A stretch of DNA of 64,000 nt, from the IMG/VR virus record IMGVR_UViG_3300032006_002703, positions 32,001-96,000 of that record; one strand, 5' to 3'. The stretch is from a virus. The notes under the pieces were generated by a model. That model ran no database searches. It was not told the origin of the DNA and saw nothing but the letters and a program-made list of their open reading frames with translations. Shown one piece after another: positions 10,361-18,873 of the stretch (positions are counted from its first letter, which is position 1; the number at the start of each line of letters is the position of its first letter). Position numbers and translations under genes: made by a program.

Positions 10361-11374
10361 ATGGATAATAAATCAGGAGAATTACTGTCGGAAGACATCG
10401 CGGGCGTAAATAGAATACTTCCACACAAACATAAATTTGCGTGGGATTTATTTTTGAAAAGTTGCGCCAATAACTGGATGCCAACCGAAATATCAATGCA
10501 AGACGATATTAATCAATGGAAAAATAATGAAATCACAGATGATGAAAAACTCCTCGTCAAGAGGTGCCTCGGCTTTTTTGCAGGAAGCGAGTCTTTGGTT
10601 GGCAATAACCTTTTGCTTTCTGCTTTCAGATTTATTACGGATGCTGAATGTCGTCAGTACATTTTGCGCCAAGCTTTTGAAGAAAGCCTTCATAACCTTA
10701 CCGTTGTATATATCTGCGACAGTTTGGACTTGGATGTCGAAGAGGTGTTTAACGCCTACGAAACTATACCTAGCATCAAAGCTAAGGACGATTTCCTCAT
10801 GGAAATTACCACGGATATTAGCAGGGAAGACTTTAAGCCAACCTCAAAGGAGGGCAAACAGGAAATTCTAAGAAATCTTCTTACATACTATATTGTATGT
10901 GAAGGTACTTTTTTCTTTAGCGGTTTTGCAATGCTTCTCGCTCTGGGTAGGCAGAATAAACTGCAAGGAGTTTCCGATCAAATCAAATATACCCTTAGAG
11001 ATGAAAGTAGTCATATTGCTTTTGGCACTTATTTGATTAATACTCTTATTGAACAGAACCCATCTATTTGGACTAAGTCCATTCAGTCTGAGTTTGTTGA
11101 GCATATTAAAAAAGCGGTTGATTTAGAAATTGCGTATGCTAAGGATGTTTTACCTACTGGTATTTTGGGTCTTAATGCTGATATGTTTATTGATTATATG
11201 CATTACATTGGTAATCGTAGGCTTGAGGCTATTGGCTTAGATTATCGTTTCCCTAGCGACAAAAACCCTTTTCCTTGGCTTGGTGAAGTCGTAGACGTAC
11301 AAGCTATGGGGAACTTCTTTGAGAGGCGAGTAAGGGAATATCAGCAAGGTGGGGCTCTTGAGGAAGATTTTTAA
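10361..11374 (+). CDS. nrdB: ribonucleotide reductase beta subunit, class Ic (R2c)-like
   Basis: Ferritin-like ligands FFAGSES, EESLH, EGTFFFSGF, RDESSH; C-terminal NFFERRVREYQ. The radical Tyr position is Val and the first ligand is Glu. Confidence 0.93.
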   Translation: MDNKSGELLSEDIAGVNRILPHKHKFAWDLFLKSCANNWMPTEISMQDDINQWKNNEITDDEKLLVKRCLGFFAGSESLVGNNLLLSAFRFITDAECRQYILRQAFEESLHNLTVVYICDSLDLDVEEVFNAYETIPSIKAKDDFLMEITTDISREDFKPTSKEGKQEILRNLLTYYIVCEGTFFFSGFAMLLALGRQNKLQGVSDQIKYTLRDESSHIAFGTYLINTLIEQNPSIWTKSIQSEFVEHIKKAVDLEIAYAKDVLPTGILGLNADMFIDYMHYIGNRRLEAIGLDYRFPSDKNPFPWLGEVVDVQAMGNFFERRVREYQQGGALEEDF

Positions 11375-13329
11375 TCTATTTTATTATTGTATTTTCCATC
11401 AACAAGGCCTGCTCCATAAATGTTTAAGTTTAGGCCAACTCTTTTTGAGGCTTCAAAGATTAAATTTAAATAATACTGAGGGTCTCCCTCTGATTTTGCG
11501 TGATATTCGTCACTGAATACTATTCCATCTTTATTTTTTATATGATGTAAATTGTTGTCTCTGTAATACTTTTTAAGGTTCGCATTTTCTAGATAACCCT
11601 CTCCTCTCCAAGCGCATTCGACTAGTTCTTTGAAAGATTTTGCAAATGTTCGCCCTCTGTCCACTTGGAACATAATCCCACGGTAAAGCCCACCATAACC
11701 ATTAAGTGATCCTTTAAGCTTTCCTAGGTCAGTGCTATACGCATCTTGAGGATGCTTATTGAAGTTGGGTAAGTGATAGTCTGGTGCAGCTTCGTCTTGA
11801 AATGCTACAGCTAAAACATTATCCTTTTTCGCTGCCTCTGTAAAAAATTGAAGCGTTCTTTCTCCTGCATCATCTACTATAGTAACCCTTCTGTTGTATA
11901 AATTTTCATCATTATTGTAATATGGGAGGAGCGCCTGCTTTAAGAGAGTTTCCTTCATGATGTCCAATTGCCTTCTTGTTGCCAGGATGCTTCCGCTGCC
12001 ATCAACGTGAATCATTATATGTAAAGCTCCATCTTTAGGTAGGTGGTCATAATTATATTCTCTCCCGTGCCCATGGTGTCCATGGCAATTTGCCCCATGC
12101 TCTGCACAGCCGCCTTGCCCGATACCTAAGCCTAATTTTTCGGTAACCGTTCCTGTTACTAGCCCTGCAGCTCCACCAGCGCCAGCCCCGCTTGTTAATC
12201 CGCCCACCCCGCCAATTTGAGGAAGGTCAACATTCCCAGGATTTGAGGGGGTGCTTTCTTTATTTAGAGGATTAGAATAATTGGCGAGCTCTTCTCCATC
12301 GTTAATTCCATCCCCGTCCGTGTCTGCGCTATTTGGGTTTGTTCCTATCTGAGCCTCCGTCGAGGCTGGGAGCCCATCACCATCTCTATCGTTTTCTGGA
12401 GTAGCTTTAAGGTTTGCAGGCATAAGGGGAGAGGTTCCAACCCCTCCAAGAGTAGGAACAGCTTTTCCATTTAGTACTGCTTCTCCAACTCCCGCTCCAA
12501 TTCCCGCTCCGCCTCCAGCGCCAGCGCCAACCGCACCACTACCTATTCCTGCACCGACCCCTTGGCTTGGATAATTATAAGCGTATAAATCTCCCTTGCC
12601 AAGCCCATTTCCTTTTTTCTCTGCATCGTCATTATTTTTAAGACTTTCTAGGTCTAATTCAAAATCTGGCACATCGTCTTTTGCTAAAGTTAAATTCGTA
12701 AGAACTTCTTCATCTTCCGTATCGATCCCCACCTTGCTTTCTGCCAATCTGCGATCCAGGATCCCCTTATCAAAGTCTCTTTCTCTTATGGCTCTATCTA
12801 GAGCGCCGACATCAACAGTTCCAATGTCGTCATTATTTACTCCAATATGATTCCTAACGTCCCTATTGTAAATTCCGTCATTTCGACGACCAACAACATC
12901 GGAACCTCCTCCTATTCCACCAATACTATGACCTATCACATCTCTGTCATCAATTATTACATCATCTCTATCGCGAATGACAACATGATCCGTATTGTCG
13001 ACCACTGCAATATGCGGGTTTCTTTCTCCGTCTCTTAAAACAATTACATCTGGATCATCGTCTAAAACTATTCCGTCAAGCCTATCTGGACCCACGTCAT
13101 AGTCCCGAACGGTATTTACATTCCTATCGACATAAACAATTTCCTTTTCTGGCTTTTCCTCGTCTTTATAAACTTCGTGAAAAAGATTTTCTCCATCTTC
13201 TATTACGTCTGCCGTAACGACATGTTCTGTCGATCTGTTTAGAAAAACCAATAAAATAAACATAAGCATCATAAAATACCCAGTAAATAGATTGGCCAGT
13301 GATAGTTTTTTTAGTTTTTTATTATTCAT
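11371..13329 (-). CDS. membrane-anchored protein with Gly-rich linkers, TSP3-like Ca-binding repeats and a vWA-like C-terminal domain
   Basis: N-terminal TM helix; DRDGDGL...GTNPNSADTDGDGINDGEE; MIDAS-like HVDGSGS. Confidence 0.6.
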   Translation of the reverse strand: MNNKKLKKLSLANLFTGYFMMLMFILLVFLNRSTEHVVTADVIEDGENLFHEVYKDEEKPEKEIVYVDRNVNTVRDYDVGPDRLDGIVLDDDPDVIVLRDGERNPHIAVVDNTDHVVIRDRDDVIIDDRDVIGHSIGGIGGGSDVVGRRNDGIYNRDVRNHIGVNNDDIGTVDVGALDRAIRERDFDKGILDRRLAESKVGIDTEDEEVLTNLTLAKDDVPDFELDLESLKNNDDAEKKGNGLGKGDLYAYNYPSQGVGAGIGSGAVGAGAGGGAGIGAGVGEAVLNGKAVPTLGGVGTSPLMPANLKATPENDRDGDGLPASTEAQIGTNPNSADTDGDGINDGEELANYSNPLNKESTPSNPGNVDLPQIGGVGGLTSGAGAGGAAGLVTGTVTEKLGLGIGQGGCAEHGANCHGHHGHGREYNYDHLPKDGALHIMIHVDGSGSILATRRQLDIMKETLLKQALLPYYNNDENLYNRRVTIVDDAGERTLQFFTEAAKKDNVLAVAFQDEAAPDYHLPNFNKHPQDAYSTDLGKLKGSLNGYGGLYRGIMFQVDRGRTFAKSFKELVECAWRGEGYLENANLKKYYRDNNLHHIKNKDGIVFSDEYHAKSEGDPQYYLNLIFEASKRVGLNLNIYGAGLVDGKYNNKID

Positions 13330-13645
13330 GTCTTGTAATCTTTGAGACCTTAAAGCCTGCGTTCTCTACGGCCTTATGTATCTCTTTGTCTGTTAAGGTT
13401 TTTCCTTTAATTAAATAAATATGAGCCGTTTCTTTTTTTATATCGAACGCGACCTTGTATACTTTTTTTGTTTTATTTAAATGCTTCTTGATTCCTATTG
13501 CACAAGATGGGCATACAAGTCCCTTTATTTTTGCATCTATAATTTCAGCGGAGCTAGAATTTAAAATAAGCAGGGAGCAGGCTGCGAGCATTAGCGTTTT
13601 ATTTACGCCCCTGTATTTCCTTTGTCTAATTCCCATAGATACCAA
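13322..13645 (-). CDS. exported heavy-metal-associated (HMA) domain protein
   Basis: Signal-like N-terminus, IKGLVCPSCA metal motif, C-terminal AVENAGF. Confidence 0.82.
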   Translation of the reverse strand: MVSMGIRQRKYRGVNKTLMLAACSLLILNSSSAEIIDAKIKGLVCPSCAIGIKKHLNKTKKVYKVAFDIKKETAHIYLIKGKTLTDKEIHKAVENAGFKVSKITRHE

Positions 13646-13667
13646 TAATAATCATCCAGCGGATCCA

Positions 13668-14204
13668 TTATTCCCTTCTGTCTTTAGTTTGGACGCGGTT
13701 TCTAACCTCTCTCGCAAGCTCCTTTTTTGCCGCTTTGATTTGCTCGTGTCTTTCTTTTTGAGATTCTTTAAACGATTTAATTAAATCTGCAACCTCTTCT
13801 TTGTTTTTATTTTTTAAATTTTCTTGCAAAACTTTTCTTGCAAGATGGAGCTCATTCTGCAAAAGTTTCATTGCGTTTACTTTTATTTTAATCTCTTCAA
13901 TAGGCTCGGGGCGAGGTCGAGGTTTTCTTCCTTCTTTGTCTGCTTTTATGTTTTCTGCAATCCATTTCGCTAAAGTGCTACTGCCCATTCCAAAACCTCC
14001 TGGTAAGGGTCTGTAGTCTCTTACTTGTAATGCTGGAGGTTTTCCCCAATGTGGAGGAAATGGCTTCCGCTTATTTTCGGATAATTTGGGTTTAACTTTT
14101 TCTATTTCTTTTGTTTGGGGCGGGTTTGGTTTTGACCTTTCTTTTTCGCCGAAAGAAAATCCTGCGACCAGCAGGGTAATTATAATTAAATTTATTGTTT
14201 TCAT
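13668..14204 (-). CDS. secreted hypothetical protein with C-terminal coiled coil
   Basis: Signal peptide MKTINLIIITLLVAG; GTGTA-N10-ATG places the start at 14204. Confidence 0.6.
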   Translation of the reverse strand: MKTINLIIITLLVAGFSFGEKERSKPNPPQTKEIEKVKPKLSENKRKPFPPHWGKPPALQVRDYRPLPGGFGMGSSTLAKWIAENIKADKEGRKPRPRPEPIEEIKIKVNAMKLLQNELHLARKVLQENLKNKNKEEVADLIKSFKESQKERHEQIKAAKKELAREVRNRVQTKDRRE

Positions 14205-14235
14205 TAAATAATGATACACAAATTAACAAATAAAG

Positions 14236-15519
14236 TCAAGTGGTTAGTTCTTTTAAAACTCTGCCTTGATTTAATATTGGATGTGGCCTTCCGCTGTGAT
14301 CGTAATATTGATGTTTTGGATTAACTCCCATATGGTCATATATCGTCGTTAAAACATCTGGAGGGGTTATGCCTGTTACAGGTTCCGACCCAGTCTTATC
14401 GCTTTCTCCTGCGACCCTGCCCCCTTTTACTTTTCCGCCTGCTATTGCTGCCGCCATTGACCTGGACCAATGGTCGCGACCTCCATTGGCGTTAATTTTT
14501 GGGGTGCGGCCAAATTCTCCCCACGCCACAACCATAACATCATCCATCATTCCTCTTGAATGAAGGTCAATAATTAGTGCGCTAAATGCCTTGTCAAATT
14601 GAGGTAAATTTCTCTCTCCCATGCTTTTGTCGCTAGCCTGATGGGTGTCCCATCCAAATGGAGTTTTTACGGTCACCATTTTTACGCCACCTTCTACTAG
14701 CCTTCTGGCTAAAAGAAGATCTCTGCCAAAACCTTCTCCGTATAACTCTTTTGTGAATGTTGATTCTTTTTCAATATCGAATGCATTTGCGGCTTTGCCG
14801 CTGGTTAGCAATCCTTGAGCCTTACTGTTAAATTCATCTATCGAATCTACCATTCCAGATTTGTCTAGTATACTTCTAAAGCTATCAAATTCTTTTAATA
14901 GATTCTTTCTATTGTCAACAATGTCCACAGTTAAAGATTGATCTAAAGTAAAATTTGTATCTCTATACGGAATAGTGCTAGAGGGCCTGGTCTTTGTTTC
15001 ATAGGGTCCAAACTCATGCGGTAAATATCCAGGTCTAGTGCCGTTGTTATGATTGGGCACTACGACATATGGCGGAACTTCTGCCCCTTTTGAAGCGTGC
15101 TCTGATATTGTAGAACCTATACTTGGATAGAAATTCTGTTGTTGATTGGGGACGGGGGCCTTATATCCAGAATGCATAATCTCGTGCGCAGAACTATGAT
15201 TATTATTGTCGTGATAAAGGCCTTTTATGATTGACCATTTATCCATGCAGTCTGCGCATTTGGCTAAATGTTCGGGCAATTGAATTCCGTCTACCGTGGT
15301 GGGTATAGCCTCAAAATGCCCTTTGAACGGTTGAGGGGCGTAAGGTTTTGGATCAAAGGTTTCATGATGTGAAGGACCTCCGTTCATCCAGACTACTATA
15401 ACTGATTTATTTTTATGTAGACCCGTGCGTTTTTGAGAAGCAAGTAATTGAGGTAATGTCAAATTGTTGGCCCCGAGCATTGCCCCGCTTACTATAAAAG
15501 ATCTGCGAGATAATTTCAT
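14236..15519 (-). CDS. DUF1501 family protein (Tat-exported, sulfatase/alkaline-phosphatase-like fold)
   Basis: Twin-arginine signal SRRSFI; WMNGGPSHHETFDPKP, YPSIGS, LLARRLVEGGV, GWDTH, WGEFGRTPKIN..GRDHW. Confidence 0.88.
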   Translation of the reverse strand: MKLSRRSFIVSGAMLGANNLTLPQLLASQKRTGLHKNKSVIVVWMNGGPSHHETFDPKPYAPQPFKGHFEAIPTTVDGIQLPEHLAKCADCMDKWSIIKGLYHDNNNHSSAHEIMHSGYKAPVPNQQQNFYPSIGSTISEHASKGAEVPPYVVVPNHNNGTRPGYLPHEFGPYETKTRPSSTIPYRDTNFTLDQSLTVDIVDNRKNLLKEFDSFRSILDKSGMVDSIDEFNSKAQGLLTSGKAANAFDIEKESTFTKELYGEGFGRDLLLARRLVEGGVKMVTVKTPFGWDTHQASDKSMGERNLPQFDKAFSALIIDLHSRGMMDDVMVVAWGEFGRTPKINANGGRDHWSRSMAAAIAGGKVKGGRVAGESDKTGSEPVTGITPPDVLTTIYDHMGVNPKHQYYDHSGRPHPILNQGRVLKELTT

Positions 15520-15529
15520 GCCTTATATA

Positions 15530-15534
15530 TACAC
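15530..15534 (-). promoter_or_regulatory. GTGTA motif upstream of the DUF1501 gene
   Basis: GTGTA-N10-ATG(15519). Confidence 0.55.
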
Positions 15535-15801
15535 TTATTCTTCTTCTTTTTCTGGGAGACTCTCTTTCCATCTCGGCGGATTCAATGGGCATCTGGTTGT
15601 TCCCATTAGCAATTTTGCGCTTGAGCATCCACACGCCCTACATCTCGCAAGAGTGCTATTTCCTAACTCTTGCCACCATTTGCAATCCCTACATAATTCC
15701 AGTCGCTCGTTTAAAACTTCCTTGGTAACCACAGGGTAACCTTGTGATTTCCATTTTTTGAGCGCATTACTTAAATTTTTTGCGAGATCAATAAACTTCA
15801 T
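15535..15801 (-). CDS. small Cys-rich (zinc-binding) phage protein, DUF6171-like
   Basis: ERLELCRDC...RCRACGC...K....RCP...W pattern. Start placed at MKFIDL. Confidence 0.6.
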   Translation of the reverse strand: MKFIDLAKNLSNALKKWKSQGYPVVTKEVLNERLELCRDCKWWQELGNSTLARCRACGCSSAKLLMGTTRCPLNPPRWKESLPEKEEE

Positions 15802-15841
15802 TACATAATAATAAAAAACTTGCGAAAGATTTAAATTTTTT

Positions 15842-16438
15842 TTAAAGATCTCCTGCAGCATTCATAATTGCTCCTGCATCTATTCCTTGAAACGGACCAA
15901 GCGGCTGCTTATTTGTTTCTATTTTATCCAGCACTGGAGAGCCTGAGTGCAAAACATATACTACGGTATCATCAACCAATATTATTAGCGCAGAAAAACT
16001 CCAGCCCGTGCTATGGGTAACTTGCTTAAAAGATAACATGTCTTTCCAAAAGCTTCCAATTCTTTTTTTACTGGTTTGTGATATTACTAATTCATAAGCT
16101 TTGCATTTTTCATGCTGATTTAGTGCGTCCTCTATCCCTGGGGGTAATTTAATACTATTGAAAAGGGTACTATCCAGCTTAAATCGCTCCATCACATCTA
16201 AGTAGGTAAGTGTTTTTAGGTTTGGGGTTGACTTGAAGTCAATGCCTAATTTCCTCAGATCTTCTCTTGTAGTTTTATTTGGAATGATTTTATTTATAAC
16301 TTGCTCCATTTGGTTATAGGAGCTCCAGGGAATTGTTGTTCCCTCTTGAGCACTCGGCAAAAGAGTTTTGCAGCTAGATAGAAGTAATACCCCTAGGGCC
16401 ACCAAGATAGAGGTTAGCTTATTGCTTTGCCTTAACAT
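15842..16438 (-). CDS. putative lipoprotein
   Basis: Lipobox LLLSSC after a hydrophobic signal. Confidence 0.65.
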   Translation of the reverse strand: MLRQSNKLTSILVALGVLLLSSCKTLLPSAQEGTTIPWSSYNQMEQVINKIIPNKTTREDLRKLGIDFKSTPNLKTLTYLDVMERFKLDSTLFNSIKLPPGIEDALNQHEKCKAYELVISQTSKKRIGSFWKDMLSFKQVTHSTGWSFSALIILVDDTVVYVLHSGSPVLDKIETNKQPLGPFQGIDAGAIMNAAGDL

Positions 16439-16697
16439 TTTTAACGCCTGTATTTTTTAGCAATTGTGCGCCCATTCTTATTTTAGTTGTACTATTCAAT
16501 TCCCAAAATCCTACTTTAGGTAAATATTTATCCATGTATTCACAAAGCTCCTTTCGACTCATGTCTTGAAGCTCTTGATCTATTGGGAGTCCCAAAATAT
16601 TATCTTTTTCTTTGTTTGGATATTCTCTAAATTTTTCAACAAAAATATAGAGAGTGCCAACCGAATAGAGTAACCATTTTATTATTAATTGAAACAT
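16419..16697 (-). CDS. hypothetical protein with N-terminal TM segment
   Basis: 92-aa ORF tightly packed in the operon. Confidence 0.5.
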   Translation of the reverse strand: MFQLIIKWLLYSVGTLYIFVEKFREYPNKEKDNILGLPIDQELQDMSRKELCEYMDKYLPKVGFWELNSTTKIRMGAQLLKNTGVKNVKAKQ

Positions 16698-16698
16698 A

Positions 16699-17046
16699 TC
16701 ATCCTTTCTTTATTTTTCTTTTGGCCTTAACGTAAGGCTTCATTAGGTAATGTTTGATGAATCCTCCAATCATTTGCTTTCCTAGTCTTTTTCTTATTTT
16801 ATTTTCATACCTCGTCATTGGGCAATCAATAACCCTGGAGAATGTAATGACTCCTATAAAAGTACAAAGCGGCAAGCATACATACCACGGTGGATTTTGT
16901 GAGGGAGAAAATCCATTATATACTAAAATAAAGAACGCTCCAAAATTACCAAAAACAACTAACCAATGGAGTACTACTACAAGCATCAATTTCAGGCTGT
17001 CTGTTTCTGGCAGAAACCCAAAACGGCGGTTTTTGTTCATCAACAT
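16699..17046 (-). CDS. small membrane protein, DUF2784-like
   Basis: Two TM helices, CPMTRYENKIR and GGFIKHYL motifs; GTGTA-N9-ATG. Confidence 0.6.
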   Translation of the reverse strand: MLMNKNRRFGFLPETDSLKLMLVVVLHWLVVFGNFGAFFILVYNGFSPSQNPPWYVCLPLCTFIGVITFSRVIDCPMTRYENKIRKRLGKQMIGGFIKHYLMKPYVKAKRKIKKG

Positions 17047-17054
17047 GTATTGTA

Positions 17055-18872
17055 TTACACAATACTCTCTAAAAATTCATGTTCCCCATTTAGGATTTCT
17101 TTTGCTAGCGCATAGTTTTTCTTGTCGTTATTTTTTGATATCGCTTTAAATTTTTCCTCTATTTTTATTTTTGAATTTTTAAATACGCAATCCGCTAGCT
17201 TTCTTGCTTCTTTTGTGTTAATCGATTGAGCTCTCGACGAAGAGGCGGCGATAACAAATAATTCTGCACCGATTTCTGCCAGTCTCCCAAGAAGTAGCTG
17301 CTGTTTATCTAGTGCGGGTCCGTATCTTACCATTGAATGAAAAAGCTTTCTCGCAAGCTTTTTGCTAGTTTTTGAAACATACTTTAATTGACCTTTTAAG
17401 GCGGGATCCATACCATTTGGTATTCTATGAGAAAAAGGGAGCCACTGCTTTGGGTACCATTTTGCATAAAACCATGCCGCTTTAATTGCTGCGACCATTC
17501 TTGTTTTCATTGGCAGTCTACTGTCTAAAACTGCACCTGCTGCCTTGAGGTGGGGATCTAATGCTTCTCTTGCAAGGATGAGTCGCATTATTTCGCTTGA
17601 CCCTTCAAAAATAAGGTTAATTCTTAAATCTCTAAACATTCTCTCTACTGCAGGGTTAAGTTGCCCTCTGTTTTTTAAAGACTGCGCGGTTTCGTAGCCT
17701 CTTCCGCCTCTAATTTGCATTGTTTCGTCGATCATTTTCCAGGCGGTTTCTGTTCCCCACATTTTTGCTATAGCAGATTCAACTCTAATATCGTGATTTT
17801 TATTGTCTGCCATTTGTGCGGTTAATAGTACCATGGATTCCATAGCAAACGTATTTGCAGCAAGGTGAGCTAACTTATCTGCAATTGCGGAATGTTTTCC
17901 TATTACACAGCCCCACTGTGATCTGGTAGACGTCCACTGTCTGCAAACCTTAAGCATCCATTTTGTTGCGCCAACACATATGGCGGGGAGGGTCAATCTT
18001 CCAATATTTAAAGTTCCCAAGGCAACTTTCATCCCCCTCCCTTCTCCTAGTATAATATTTTCTTTAGGGACGTAAACTTCATCAAATTTTACAACTCCAT
18101 TGTATAACGCCTTAAGCCCCATGAACCTGCATCGATTAACTATACTTACTCCTGGCATATCCATGTCTACAATAAAAGCTGTAATTTGCTTTTTTCCATT
18201 TTTGTCTGGGGTTCTAGCCATTACTATGATGTGTTCCGCTTTTAATCCATTGGTGCACCAAAGCTTTTCTCCATTTAATACAAAATGACTTTTGTCTTCT
18301 GAGAGCTTTGCTTCTGTGATCATTTTGGAGGGGTCAGAACCTACTCCATCTTCCGTTAAAGCAAAAGCGCTTACCGCACCATTGCTGAATTTTGGTAAAT
18401 ATTTTTCTTTTTGCTCTTCTGTTCCGTACATCAAAAGGGGTTGGGGCACGCCTATTGATTGATGCGCGGACAGTAGGGCAGATATATTTCCGCACTCCGA
18501 GCCGCAGACCATTGCAGCCTTTGAGTAATTTGTTTGAGATAAACCTCTTCCTCCGTATTCTTTTGGGATCTTGATTGCAAAGGCTCCAATTTTTGCCAGC
18601 TCTTTAAATACCTCATCGGGAATTTCCCCATTTTCATCTATGGCGTCAGGGTCTACGTATTCGGTAAAAACATTTTTTAAATCCGAAGTGAAGTCTTCTC
18701 CCATTTTTGATTGGTGTTCGTTTTGCTGGGGAAATGGAAATATATCGTTAAAGTTTATATTTCCACTATATAATCCACCTGCAAACGTTTTATTTAAATC
18801 CTCTCTCCCTGCTTCCGCAGCCTCAAGTGCGGCAGCTTTATCTTTCGACATTTTTGATGTATCTATTGACAT
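17055..18872 (-). CDS. fadE: acyl-CoA dehydrogenase (long, VLCAD/ACAD9-like)
   Basis: AHQSIG, FALTEDGVGSD, NGEKLWCTNG, LNIGRL, GGRGY, RDLRINLIFEGSSEI (catalytic Glu), plus a C-terminal extension. Confidence 0.92.
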   Translation of the reverse strand: MSIDTSKMSKDKAAALEAAEAGREDLNKTFAGGLYSGNINFNDIFPFPQQNEHQSKMGEDFTSDLKNVFTEYVDPDAIDENGEIPDEVFKELAKIGAFAIKIPKEYGGRGLSQTNYSKAAMVCGSECGNISALLSAHQSIGVPQPLLMYGTEEQKEKYLPKFSNGAVSAFALTEDGVGSDPSKMITEAKLSEDKSHFVLNGEKLWCTNGLKAEHIIVMARTPDKNGKKQITAFIVDMDMPGVSIVNRCRFMGLKALYNGVVKFDEVYVPKENIILGEGRGMKVALGTLNIGRLTLPAICVGATKWMLKVCRQWTSTRSQWGCVIGKHSAIADKLAHLAANTFAMESMVLLTAQMADNKNHDIRVESAIAKMWGTETAWKMIDETMQIRGGRGYETAQSLKNRGQLNPAVERMFRDLRINLIFEGSSEIMRLILAREALDPHLKAAGAVLDSRLPMKTRMVAAIKAAWFYAKWYPKQWLPFSHRIPNGMDPALKGQLKYVSKTSKKLARKLFHSMVRYGPALDKQQLLLGRLAEIGAELFVIAASSSRAQSINTKEARKLADCVFKNSKIKIEEKFKAISKNNDKKNYALAKEILNGEHEFLESIV

Positions 18873-18873
18873 A

